A DNA stretch of 64,000 nucleotides from positions 14,012,001 through 14,076,000 of the forward strand of contig OX597836.1 in the NCBI GenBank assembly GCA_951406725.2. Direction: 5' to 3'. The notes beneath the pieces are model-generated. The model was not told where the DNA came from, searched no databases, and was given only the letters and a program-made list of their open reading frames with translations. Of the stretch, positions 52,409 to 64,000 are shown piece after piece. The translations under genes were made by a program, and so were the position numbers. Numbering within the stretch: position 1 is the stretch's first letter; each line of letters opens with the position of its first letter. This DNA comes from Octopus vulgaris. Its lineage: Eukaryota.

Positions 52409-52830
52409 CTCTTTACTCTTTTACTTGTTTCAGTCATTTGACTGTGGCCATGCTGGAGCACCGCCTTTATAGTCGAGCAAATCGACGCCGGGACTTATTC
52501 TTTTTGTAAGCCCAGTACTTATTCTATCGGTCTCTTTTGCCGAGCCACTAAGTTACGGAGACGTAAACACACCAGTATCGGTTGTCAAGCAATGTTGGGG
52601 GGACAAGCACAGACACACAAACATATATACACACACACACACATATATATATACATACATACATATATACGACGGGCTTCTTTCAGTTTCCGTCTACCAA
52701 ATCCACTCACAAGGCTTTGGTCGGCCCGAGGCTATAGTAGAAGACACTTGCCCAAGGCGCCACGCAGTGGGACTGAACCCTCTACCATGTGGTTAGTAAG
52801 CAAGCTACTTACCACACAGCCACTCCTGCG

Positions 52831-52872
<42 letters not shown>

Positions 52873-53037
52873 AACACATATATACGACAGGCTTCTTTCA
52901 GTTTCTGTCTACCAAATCCACTCACAAGGTATTGGTCGGCCCGAGGCGATAGTAGAAGAAGACACTTGTCCAAGGTGCCACGCAGTGGGACTGAACCCGG
53001 AACCATGTGGTTGGTAAGCAAGCTACTTACCACACAG
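52409..53037 (-). mobile_element. Full-length SINE family A plus a tandem duplicate of its head half
   Basis: Copy 52409-52833 and partial repeat ~52880-53037. Further minus-strand copies at ~49815-50448 and 50985-51372. Confidence 0.88.
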
Positions 53038-53816
53038 ATAAACAAACAGCGAAGTAATATTACAATTAACTTAATAGCTAGACTTTAATTTAGGAAGCAA
53101 CCAACACAGAGAGTAAAACGGTAACAAAACTGGCAGCAGAGGAAGTTTAGTATTTGTAATACAAACTAAGGGAGCAATGAACCTCTTACGAGGCAAAAAA
53201 AAAAAAGGGAAACAAAAGAAGGGCGGAGGGGCATATAGGATGCTAGGCAGAAAAAGGTGGGGGTGGGACAGTCTCTCTGAGTGGCACGACTGCATTTCAC
53301 ACCCCCCATCTCTGTACCCATACCCAGTCCAAGATATGAAACAACAGGCGGGTTTTGAATCATCGCTGCTACCCCCTACACCATTGCAAACTTGGTCAGT
53401 GTCCTCTAGTGAAAGAAACTGGGGCAGCAGGGTATGTAGGGGGTGGGCAGTATAAGGGTGTATGCTGAGTGCACACAGGCTGTTTGTAATACAATCAAAA
53501 GAGAAACAAGCAGAAGTGCACAACGTAAACACACATTAAAGTATACAAGTATACACACACACACACACGTGTGCATGCATGAATCTTTGCAATTATTTAT
53601 TTATATATATATACATACACACACACACACACCACACACACACAAATGTAAACATACAGATATGCATGTGTTACATGTAAACATACACATGTGTGTGTCT
53701 GTGTGTATGTATGTATATATATATATATATATATATACATACATATGCACACACAAACACATACATATATACATATAAATATGTATACGTATATGTACAT
53801 ATATGAATATTTATGT

Positions 53817-53851
<35 letters not shown>

Positions 53852-53927
53852 AATATATACACAAATATTTATATATATATATACACATATATAAAAATAT
53901 TTATATATATATACACACACATATATA

Positions 53928-53965
<38 letters not shown>

Positions 53966-54121
53966 AACTTAAAAAATATATATATATATGTATGTATATT
54001 TAAAGGGCTAAAAAAACCACTAGGTGGTCAGCCGTATGCTAGAAGTAGATCACCTACGATCAAACTACAATGAAAAGAATGTTCTCTAGAGGAAAATTCA
54101 GCGGACACCAGAACAAAATAA

Positions 54122-54184
<63 letters not shown>

Positions 54185-54213
54185 GACACACACACACACA
54201 CACTCATATATAT

Positions 54214-54581
54214 CAGTTCAGCAAAATTTAGATTCAGATGAATATGGTACTTAAGTTAAAGGCACCAGAATTTAGTATGGTATTATATCCATATAATTAA
54301 AAATAAGGTGATTATAATCAAAATAGGCAACAAGGATATCCAGAGGTAATGCAGTACAATCGTTTAATTGAACAATGCATCAATTTAAACATCAATTTAA
54401 AATGTAGAGCAATTTTCAGCTGCATAAAAATATAGAATTTAGTTAAAATTTAGTTAAGTTAACTAAATTCTATATTTTTATGCAGCTGAAAATTGCTCTA
54501 CATTTTAAATTGATGTAATATTTGCATTGTTCAATTAAATGATCGCACTGCATTACCTCTGGATATCCTTGTTGCCTATTT

Positions 54582-54585
<4 letters not shown>
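54214..54585. mobile_element. (TA)n-embedded fold-back element, probable Penelope-like terminus, with a degenerate hammerhead fold in each arm
   Basis: ~128-bp inverted arms 54317-54446 / 54459-54585; TGCAG-CTGAAAA...TAAAC-GATT-GTA-CTGCA. Homologous to 12234-12469. Confidence 0.65.
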
Positions 54586-54612
<27 letters not shown>

Positions 54613-54739
54613 CTTATATATATATAAACACACTTTTATATAAATAACTCCAAGCATTGCGTGCTTTTTACGCACCAGTGGCAACGACCATGCTCGAATG
54701 GTACTTATAAGGTGCCACTGGCAGGGGACCGTTTTTACA

Positions 54740-54773
<34 letters not shown>

Positions 54774-54882
54774 GTTACATATTTATATATATATATACAT
54801 TTATATATATATATATATATGTTACATACTTATATATATGTTACATACTTATATATATACATACTTATATATATATATATAT

Positions 54883-54918
<36 letters not shown>

Positions 54919-55179
54919 CCATTGTCTTTTAATGACTAATTTCGATGCTGGCATGGGTTTGGTTAGACGGTCTGACTGAGGGCTGGCAAGCCAGGAGGCT
55001 GCACCAGGCTACAATTTGATCTGGCAAAGTTTCCACAGCTGGATGCCCTTCCTAACGCCAACCACTCTGACCATGTGTGCTTTTTATGTACCAGTGTCAT
55101 AGGGGCCGGTCAAGCAGCAGTGGCAACGACCATGCTCGAATGGTACCTTTTAACGTACCACTGGTAGAGGACCGTTTTT

Positions 55180-55212
<33 letters not shown>

Positions 55213-56404
55213 GATATATATATATACATACATACACACACACACACATATTCATATATAAGCACATTCATATATATGTGTGTGTGTATATATATATATG
55301 TATAGTTACATATTTATATATATATAGTTACATATTTATATACATTTATATATATATACACACATACATATATAGATGTATGCATTTATATATACACACA
55401 CATTTATTTTATATATATATATATATATACATATATAGATATATATATACACACACAAATAGACATATCTATATATATATTTACATGAACACATACAGGT
55501 AAGTATTCACATACATACATACATACATACATACATACATACAAATATATTTACGTACATACATATCTACAAAATCCACTCACATTTATATATATATATA
55601 TACATTTAATTCAGTTCTATATATCATATATATATATATATATATATATTACATATATATATTTACATACATACATATATATTTACATACATATATATAT
55701 ACTTACATTTACATATATATAGTTACATATATATATATATATTTACATACAGATCTATATGTGTGTATGTGTGTATCAGCCAAAATTGCGAGGATGATCC
55801 GGTTCTTGACTGAAGATTGAAGGCTTCAAATGTCCCGTCCGTGTTTTTTGTAGTGTCTTCTAAATGTTTTACGTTCTTGTCCCATTTTGTATTTTTCTAC
55901 ATATAATATATGTATATATATATATACCAAAACCACTCACACGGCTTTGATCGGGCAGGGACTATAGTAGAAGAAACTTGCCCAAGTCTGCTTCCCAACT
56001 GCATGTTTCTGGGTTCAGCCCCACGGCATGGCACCTGTAGCACGGCCTTCTACTATATAGCCTCAAGTCAACCAAAGATTTACAAGTAGATTTGGTGAAC
56101 AGAAACTGAAAGAAGCCTTTCACGTGTATTTATGTGTGTCCCACCACTGCTTGACAACCGGTGTTGGTTTGTCTACCTCCCCATAACTTAGCAGTTCAGC
56201 CCAAGAGCCTGAAAGAATAAGTATTGGTTGTAAAAAAAAATTTAGAATAAGTACTAAGGTTGAGTAAAATTTGACTAAATGTACTTTGCTAAAATTCTTC
56301 AAGGCAGTGCTGCAGCATGGCCACAGTCTAAGGACTGGAACAAGAGTAGAAGATACATATAAACATATCTAGATATATACATATATATTCAAACATATAT
56401 ACAC

Positions 56405-56445
<41 letters not shown>

Positions 56446-56504
56446 CATACACATTTATATATACATATATACTCACATTTATATATATATATACACACAT
56501 ACAC

Positions 56505-56559
<55 letters not shown>

Positions 56560-56567
56560 TACACATT

Positions 56568-56603
<36 letters not shown>

Positions 56604-57399
56604 TACACATTTATATATATATATATATATACACACACGCACACACATATATATATATACAAGTGTTGGAGGTATATATATATATACACACACATACATA
56701 TACACACACAACACAGTTATGATTATATATATATAAACACACAAATAGAGAGAGTACCACAGGTACCCTTAGCCACGGGGTTAAGTTTCTCTGCAAATCC
56801 AAAAAGCTACCCAACATGTTTAAAGACAAAATATTACACACATACACACAACAATCTATTTCATATATATATATACATACATATATATACCCTTCAGTTG
56901 AAGATCATCGTCTTCTCTTCCAGCAACAGAACTCCACAGCTAATAGTTTAGCAGGGTACTTCTCTGTGGCAACAGGGGTGGTGTTTCCATGCTATGAGCA
57001 CGCCACACCATACCAACTTATTCAGAAGACATAGGAAGAGGTACCAAAGCACCAGCAGCAGCAGTAGCTACTACTACTACTACTACTGCTGCTGCTACTA
57101 CTATTACTATCAACACCATCAGCAACAGTGTCATCATCACCACTACCATCACCACTGCTAACATCATGAGCACCCTTGCCACTGCCACCAACGCCACTTC
57201 AGGAGTGATTACAGCCAATAATGTTCCTTATAACTAGCATCATCATCATCATTATCAATACTGATGGAGGTTGGGTTGGAACCTCTATGCAGTCGCTCGA
57301 AATGTTAGAAATAGCAGCCAAATCTCTTTGAAATCATGTCTATTATTGTCTTGGAAACCAAGTAATTAAATAAACAAATAAATAAAATAAATAAAAATA

Positions 57400-57710
57400 G
57401 AAAGAAAGGGAAAGAATGAAAGAAGGGGAAGAAAGAAAGAAGAAGGAAGAAAGGAAGAGATAGGGAAAGAAAGGCAGAAAGAAAGAAAAAAGAAAGAAAG
57501 AAATAGGGAAAGAAAGACAGAAAGAAAGAAAGGGAAGGAAGAAAGAAGGAAAGAAAGAAAGAAAAGGAAGAAAGAAGGAAAGAAAGAAGAGGAAGAAAGA
57601 AGAATGAAAGAAAGAGGGGAAGAAAGAAAGAAAGAAAAAAGAAAGAAAACAGAGAAAAAGGAAAGAAAAAATGGAGAGAGGAAGAAAGAAAAGAGACAAA
57701 GAAAGGAAGG
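57400..57710. repeat. (GAAA/GGAA)n purine tract
   Basis: Seen directly. Confidence 0.9.
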
Positions 57711-58569
57711 ATGCATTAGATAATGTAGCCCTAGATTCCTATAAGAAAATATACAAGATGGTCACAGCTGGAAAGCCTTTAATTGTATGCCTGCCTCTAA
57801 TCAGGTCTATCCTGGGGCTAAACAAAAACAACAGCAACAACAACAATACAATGCTAACTCCAGTAATCTCTCCAGCCTGTCATCATCATCATCTACATCA
57901 TCACCATCATCGTCGTCATCATGAAAGCTGCCACTAACACAATTAAAAACAGCCCCTACCACAGAGGGAAGGAGGGAGGGAGGGGGTTCCTCTAAGTGAT
58001 TGCCTGATTTGCTAGAAATAGCAGCAATAATTCCCTCTCCACCACCACCACTATTATCATTATTATTATCATCATCATCATCATCACTACTCCAATACCA
58101 TCAACATGAAAGCTGCTACAAGGGCAATTAATAGAGCCCCAAGCGCACGTGGAAGGAGTCCTCTTAAAGGACTGCTTGTCTTGCTTAGAAACACCAGCAA
58201 TAATTTCCTCACCACCACCACCACCAGCAGCACCATTATCATCAAAGCTGTTATAGGGGGCAATTAAAAGGGTCCCTAAGCACATGTGGATAGGGGTCCT
58301 CTAAATTGTTGCCTGTCTTGCTTAGAAATAGCAGCAAATGCCTCTCACAAATCACCTTACCTTTAACTGGCTTTTTCGAAAAAGATAGGAGGATGACTGC
58401 GTTGATCCTCGCCGGAACCTCTTTGATCACAGGTCTGTCTGTTCGATGAGGGCCAACCTAGGGTTAAATACCAGCACCACCACCACCATCAACTACAGCC
58501 AGCGTAATCATTATTGTTCCACAACAGCAATGGACTACCACCTGCTGTACAGAGCCAGTATCAAGTAGC

Positions 58570-58894
58570 ACACATACACACACATACATCAGCATACACA
58601 CACACACACAAGCATACACACACACACACATGAGCATACATGCACACACATCAGCATACACACACACATCAGCATAACACACACACACACATACATCAGC
58701 ATACACACACACACACACGCCAGCATACACACACACACACATCAGCATACACACACACACACAGCATACACACACACACCAGCATACACACACACACACA
58801 GCATACATACACACACACACATACATCAGCATACATGTACACACATCAGCATACACACACACATCAGCATAACACACATACACACACACACCAG

Positions 58895-58926
<32 letters not shown>

Positions 58927-59180
58927 GCATACACACACACACCAGCATACACACACACACACAAGCATACACACACACACACACATACACACACACACAC
59001 ACACACATACACACACACACACACACACACAAGCATACACACACACACACACATACATCAGCATACATGTACACATCAGCATAACACACATACACACACC
59101 AGCATACACACACACACACACCAGCATACACATACACATCAGCATACACACATACATCAGCATAACACACACACACACAC
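58570..59180. repeat. CAGCATA(CA)n minisatellite
   Basis: Seen directly. Confidence 0.92.
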
Positions 59181-59249
59181 CATCCCCAACCTCTAATTAC
59201 TATGGCCAAGACCAGAACTCTGCCACTGTCACCACAAATCCCACCTATA

Positions 59250-60150
59250 ATTGCTTCTGCCACCACAACTACCACCAGTACCAGCACCTGTACAACACCA
59301 CCACCACCACCATTATTATATCAACAACACCTCCATGCTGCCCCACCTCCTATGTCACTACCACCACCACCATCACCACCACCTCCTATACCACCACCAC
59401 CACCGCCGACAACTCATAGCTCAACCAACAGCAACATCAACGCCAAGAGCAGCACCACACCAGCACTGTTACACCAACAATGTCCCTGTCTGCCCCCACC
59501 ACCACCACCACCATAATCACCACTACCAGTACTACCACTGTTACCATGACGCCATCAGCACTACCACCACTACTACTACTACTACTACACCAATGAGAAT
59601 TCCAACACTTAATACTACTGCTGTTACATAACACTACCAATACCACCACTGCTACTGCTACTACTACTACTACTAGTACTACTTCTACACCAATGAGAAT
59701 ACCAACACCACTGATACCACTACTGTTACATAACACTACCAATACCACTACTACTACTACTACTACTACTATTACTGCTGCTAACACGATGACCACCATC
59801 ACCACCACCACAACAAGAACACTAATACTGCTGTTACATAACACTACCAGCACCACCACCACCACCACCACCACCCCCACCACAACTACTATTACTACTA
59901 CTACCACCAATACCAACGAAAATACCAACACCACTAATACCACTACCACTGTTATGTAACACTACCATCACTGCTGTTACTATTTCTACCACCACCACCA
60001 CCACCAGAGAAGCAGCATGCCACCGCTGATATATCATGACACCACCACTATAACACTACCACCACCACCACCATCACCACCACCAGAGAAGCAGCATGCC
60101 ACCGCTGGTATATCATGACACCACCACTATAACACTACCAGCACCACCAC
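59250..60150. repeat. (ACC/ACT)n-based low-complexity tract with locally duplicated units
   Basis: Recurrent ctgttacataacactacc, and a duplicated agagaagcagcatgccaccgctg..atcatgacacc unit. Confidence 0.85.
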
Positions 60151-60789
60151 CACGACGGTGTAATCTTCAATTGTATGTTAGTGGTAAGTAAATGGTTTTT
60201 ATCAGGAAAGTAGGTTAAACTATTTCTGGTTTAACCAATAATCAGGTCAGTAGGGCAGGTAAGTTCTTTAGAATAATCTGTTGGATGGTGGTCGATGTAA
60301 TCGATGGAAGCCTATGTCTGTCCTTGTTTGTCCCCTCTGTGTTTAGCACACTTGTGGGTAATAAAGAAATAGGTAGTAGAGATGACGGTGGTGGTGAAGA
60401 CGGTGGTGGTGACGGTAGTAGAGATGACGGTGGTGGTGGTGACGGTAGTGGATATGATGGTGGCGGCGGCGGCGGCGGCAGTGGCGATGACGATAGTAGA
60501 GATGGTGGTGGTGGTGACGGTAGTGGTAGTGGTGGTGGTGGTGGTGGTGGTGGTGATGACGATAGTAGAGATGACGGTGGTGGTGGTGGTGGTGGTGATG
60601 GTAGTGGTGGTGGCGGCAGTGCTGACGCTGGAAGAATTAATCATTTGGTAGTGGCGATGTAGAGTTAATGATAAATGTGGTGGTGGTGGTGGTGGTAGTG
60701 GTGGTGGTGTGGCAATATGGGTGCCGTTGGTAGAGTTAATAGTTATGACAGCTAACTATGAGAATGGTGATGGCGATGTTAATATTTAA

Positions 60790-62135
60790 GATGGTGGTAG
60801 TGGCGGTAGTGACAGTGGTGGTAGTAGTAGTAGTGGTGGTACTGATGGTTGTGTTGGTGGTGGTAGTAGTGGTACTGATGGTTGTGTTGGCAGTGGTTGT
60901 GTTAGTGGTGGTGGTAGTGGTACTGATGGTTGTGATGGTAGTGGTAGAAGTAGTAGTGGTACTGATGGTTGTGTTGGTGGTGGTGACAGTGGTTGTGTTG
61001 GTGGTGGTGGTAGTGGTACTGATGGTTCTGATGGCAGTGGTGACAGTGGTTGTGTTGGTGGTGGTAGTAGTGGTACTGATGGTTGTGTTGGTGGTGGTAG
61101 TAGTGGTACTGATGGTTGTGTTGGTGGTGGTAGTAGTGGTACTGATGGTTGTGTTGGTGGTGGTAGTAGGTACTGATGGTGGTGGTGGTGGTGGTAGTGG
61201 TGGTTGTGGTAGTGGTGGTAGTAGTAGTGGTGGTACTGATGGTTGTGTTGGTGGTGGTAGTAGTGGTACTGATGGTTGTGTTGGTGGTGGTAGTAGTGGT
61301 ACTGATGGTTGTGTTGGTGGTGGTAGTAGTGGTACTGATGGTTGTGTTGGTGGTGGTAGTAGTGGTACTGATGGTTGTGTTGGTGGTGGTAGTAGTGGTA
61401 ATGATGGCTGTGTTGGCAGTGGTTGTGTTAGTGGTGGTGGTAGTGGTACTGATGGTTGTGATGGTAGTGGTAGAAGTAGTAGTGGTACTGATGGTTGTGT
61501 TGGTGGTGGTGACAGTGGTTGTGTTGGTGGTGGTGGTAGTGGTACTGATGGCTCTGATGGCTGTGTTGGCAGTGGTGACAGTGGTTGTGTTGGTGATGGT
61601 AGTAGTGGCACTGATGGCTGTGTTGGTGGTGGTGACAGTGGTTGTGTTGGTGATGGTGATAGTGGTTGTGTCGGTGGTGGTAGTAGTGGTGGTACTGATG
61701 GTTGTGTTGGTGGTGGTAGTAGTGGTACTGATGGTTGTGTTGGTGGTGGTGGTAGTGGTACTAATGGTTGTGTTGGTGGTAGTAGTAATGGTAATGATGG
61801 CTGTGTTGGCAGTAGTTGTGTTAGTGGTGGTGGTAGTGGTACTGATGGTTGTGTTGGTGGTGGTAGAAGTAGTAGTGGTACTGATGGTTGTGTTGGTGGT
61901 GGTAGTAGCGGCACTGATGGCTGTGTTGGCGGTGGTGACAGTGGTTGTGTTGGTGATGGTAGTAGTGGTACTGATGGTTGTGTTGGTGGTGGTGACAGTA
62001 GTTGTGTTGGCAGTGGTGATAGTGGTTGTGTCGGTGGTAGTACTGATGGTTGTGTTGGTGGTGGTAGTAGTAGTAGTGGTGGTGGTGGTACTGATGGTTG
62101 TGCTGGTGGTGGTAGTAGTGGTACTGATGGCTGTG
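60790..62135. repeat. 33-bp GGT/AGT-derived minisatellite (ggtactgatggttgtgttggtggtggtagtagt) with higher-order duplications
   Basis: Seen directly. Open in several frames (PPPTQPSVPLL, GTDGCVGGGSS and poly-V). Confidence 0.9.
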
Positions 62136-62942
62136 GCAATATTAGTTGTGGTCCTGTTTCATTGGTGAGACAACTGGCAGAGGCAACGGTGAAAGGTGAG
62201 GGAATTTGGGGTGGTTGAGGGGAGGGGCCCAGCAGCAGAGGTGTTCTCTCTGGCATCTATAGTGTCAACAGTTAACTACGACATCAACTACAACGATGGT
62301 AGTGGTAGTAGTGCTGGTGGTGGTATTAAAGGAAAAAGAGGAAAAAGCACTGTTGTTGCTAGTGGCATTGTCAGAGTAATCAAGCCTACCCACCCATCGT
62401 ACCCCAGCTTGCACCCTCCCCACCTGGTATATCTATTACAATATATAACAGATATAAAATAGATGTCATTTGAAGAAAGGAAGCACTTCAACACCGTAGT
62501 AGGCCGTGTAGTACTTTGCCAGTACTTTCTCTGCTCTCTTCGTGGGTGGTCATTAGGACTTTTTATAGGTGATGCAGAAGCGGGATGGGTGGGGAGCGGT
62601 GGGGGAATCTGCTGTCATCAGATCCGAAACATGGACAAGGGGCTAGCTAGTTGTTGTATGGGAGGAGGGTTTATGTGGATAGGGGGCACCCACCCCCATT
62701 TCTAACATTGGAAGAGTGGAATGAGGTGTTGAGATATAAGGGCCAGTGAAATTCCAGAGATCCCTGAACAACCAGATTTAGACAATGCAAGGAAAAAGTT
62801 TAAAAGTTTAAGGAGACAAAGGAAGGGGGCAGGATTTTCATTGCTACATCAATTCTTTATCCAGAAACTTCTTCACCTCCATTATCTGGTGCTGGTAGTT
62901 GTTTAGCCCAAAGATGATCCTTATTGAACAGAACTATTATCA

Positions 62943-63307
62943 AAACGCCGCCGCCGTGGTGATCTCATTCTTGCTCACAACATCATAAGCGGAAAGTGTA
63001 ACCTCTTGAAAGAGCTGTTCTTCACTCCTGCTCCAGAGCGTCGGCAGCAGGGTCACTCTGAAAAGCTCTATCTGCGACGATTTCATCTTAATCGAAGGAG
63101 AGGGGCTTTCTCCATCCGGGTTGCGGATCCGTGGAATAAGCTGCCGGATGAGATAGTGAAGATGCCGACGACCGCTGGGTTCAAAGTCTCTCTTGACCAG
63201 AAATGGCCTGAACTCTTTGCATGAACACCCTCCCTGTACATAACTCCATGTCCCCCTACTTGGCCTTGCTTTTTGTTTTTTGAGCCAAAAAAACTAACTT
63301 AACTTAA
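62943..63307 (+). mobile_element. 5'-truncated CR1-clade LINE (ORF2 C-terminus, 3'UTR and (AACTT)n-like tail)
   Basis: RRRRGDLILAHNII...GHSEKL....FSIRVADPWNKLPDEIV...FKVSLD matches the CR1 RR.RGDLI / GH..KL / FS.RV...WN.LP motifs. Confidence 0.88.
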
Positions 63308-63479
63308 AAGTGCTCCAACGGTGACCATCCCAGCTTAGAAACAGGTTCGGTTTGGCAGCAGGAAGAACATCCCATCCGGCCATAGGAAAAACTACCTCAA
63401 TTAACTGCATTTGCTTAACATAAGCAAGGGAAAGTGGACATTAAAATGTTGATGATGATACCAACTGTGATACCAGTGC

Positions 63480-63806
63480 CAATGGCATGTGAGAAAACCA
63501 TCCGAACGTGGCTGTTGCCAGTGCTGCCTCGTCTGGGCCCCATGCCGGTGGCACATAAAAAGCACCATCCGATCATGGCCGTTTGCCAGCCTCCCCTGGC
63601 ACCTGTGCCGGAGGCACGTAAAAAGCACCCACTACACTCACGGAGTGGTTGGCGTTAGGAAGGGCATCCAGCCGTAGAAACACTGCCAGATCAGACAGGG
63701 CCTGGCACAGCCTTCTGGCTTCCCAGACCCCAGTTGAACCGTCCAACCCATGCTAGCATGGAAAGCGGACGTCAAACGATGATGATGATGATGATGATGA
63801 TGGTGA
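63480..63806 (+). mobile_element. RTE-like LINE 3'UTR copy with (TGA)n tail
   Basis: Same family as 1689-2383. Confidence 0.8.
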
Positions 63807-64000
63807 TGTGGATCACTGTCAAACAAGCAGAGTCCTTTTGTTTCCAGTCTTCTGCAGAAGCATGGCCAACCATGGGAAAGCATTTACTTGCTTGGAAACA
63901 ATTGAGGGTTGGTGACAGAAGGGACATCCCATCCAGCCATGGAGAGAGCTGCCTTGATGAATTCCATTTACTCCATGTAAGAGCATGGAAAAGCAAATAT

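Noticed and set aside
55790-55850. CTGAAGA followed by a small hairpin in a TA-embedded island
   Set aside because: The GAAA box and stems I and III cannot be fitted; at most a decayed motif.
56891-56940. Minus-strand LWSSVAGREDDDLQLK resembling the start of an SH3 domain
   Set aside because: No ALYDY-like motif, an in-frame stop just upstream, a weak acceptor, adjacency to a TA tract, and no matching second SH3 exon found.

Overview
Eukaryotic, AT-rich, microsatellite- and SINE-saturated DNA. The repeat families look like those of Octopus (coleoid cephalopod); this is recognition from memory, not a search. Nearly the whole window is intronic sequence of one minus-strand gene. Seven small exons (24218-24261, 19416-19481, 18156-18203, 4253-4356, 3990-4124, 1537-1617, 7-67) splice in frame with GT-AG ends. 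They give ...SSKSISDATLPTRTWPPGVP-HRLVKSYFLRPILCIYCNDYIWGCGLVGMKCEGCGHCCHLSCQNGVIEKAVC (C1 zinc finger)-SREQAPHVSPPDECV-SLEKWTVTNVSDWMAALNLYRYAELFRDKNINGMELKNIDEEKLMEMGIKDEFHKKSLLVCIDELCERNPDQ (SAM)-RQFTNPLPASGIYDLDEYYC..., most like the long invertebrate PI3K regulatory subunit (p85/PIK3R1-like). The gene continues off the left edge, and its first exon(s) could not be located with confidence. The rest is tRNA-derived SINEs (labelled A, B, D and F here), 5'-truncated LINEs (RTE-like and CR1/L2-like), TTAA MITEs, a Helitron end and simple or tandem repeats. Almost every ORF in the supplied track is an artefact of these repeats. The most unusual signal is a set of short islands embedded in (TA)n tracts. 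They carry several different minimal hammerhead-ribozyme folds and long fold-back hairpins, consistent with Penelope-like element termini. One intact-looking ribozyme lies in the sense orientation of the host pre-mRNA. Fused inverted SINE pairs, a candidate 12-nt microexon and candidate alternative first exons are also noted.
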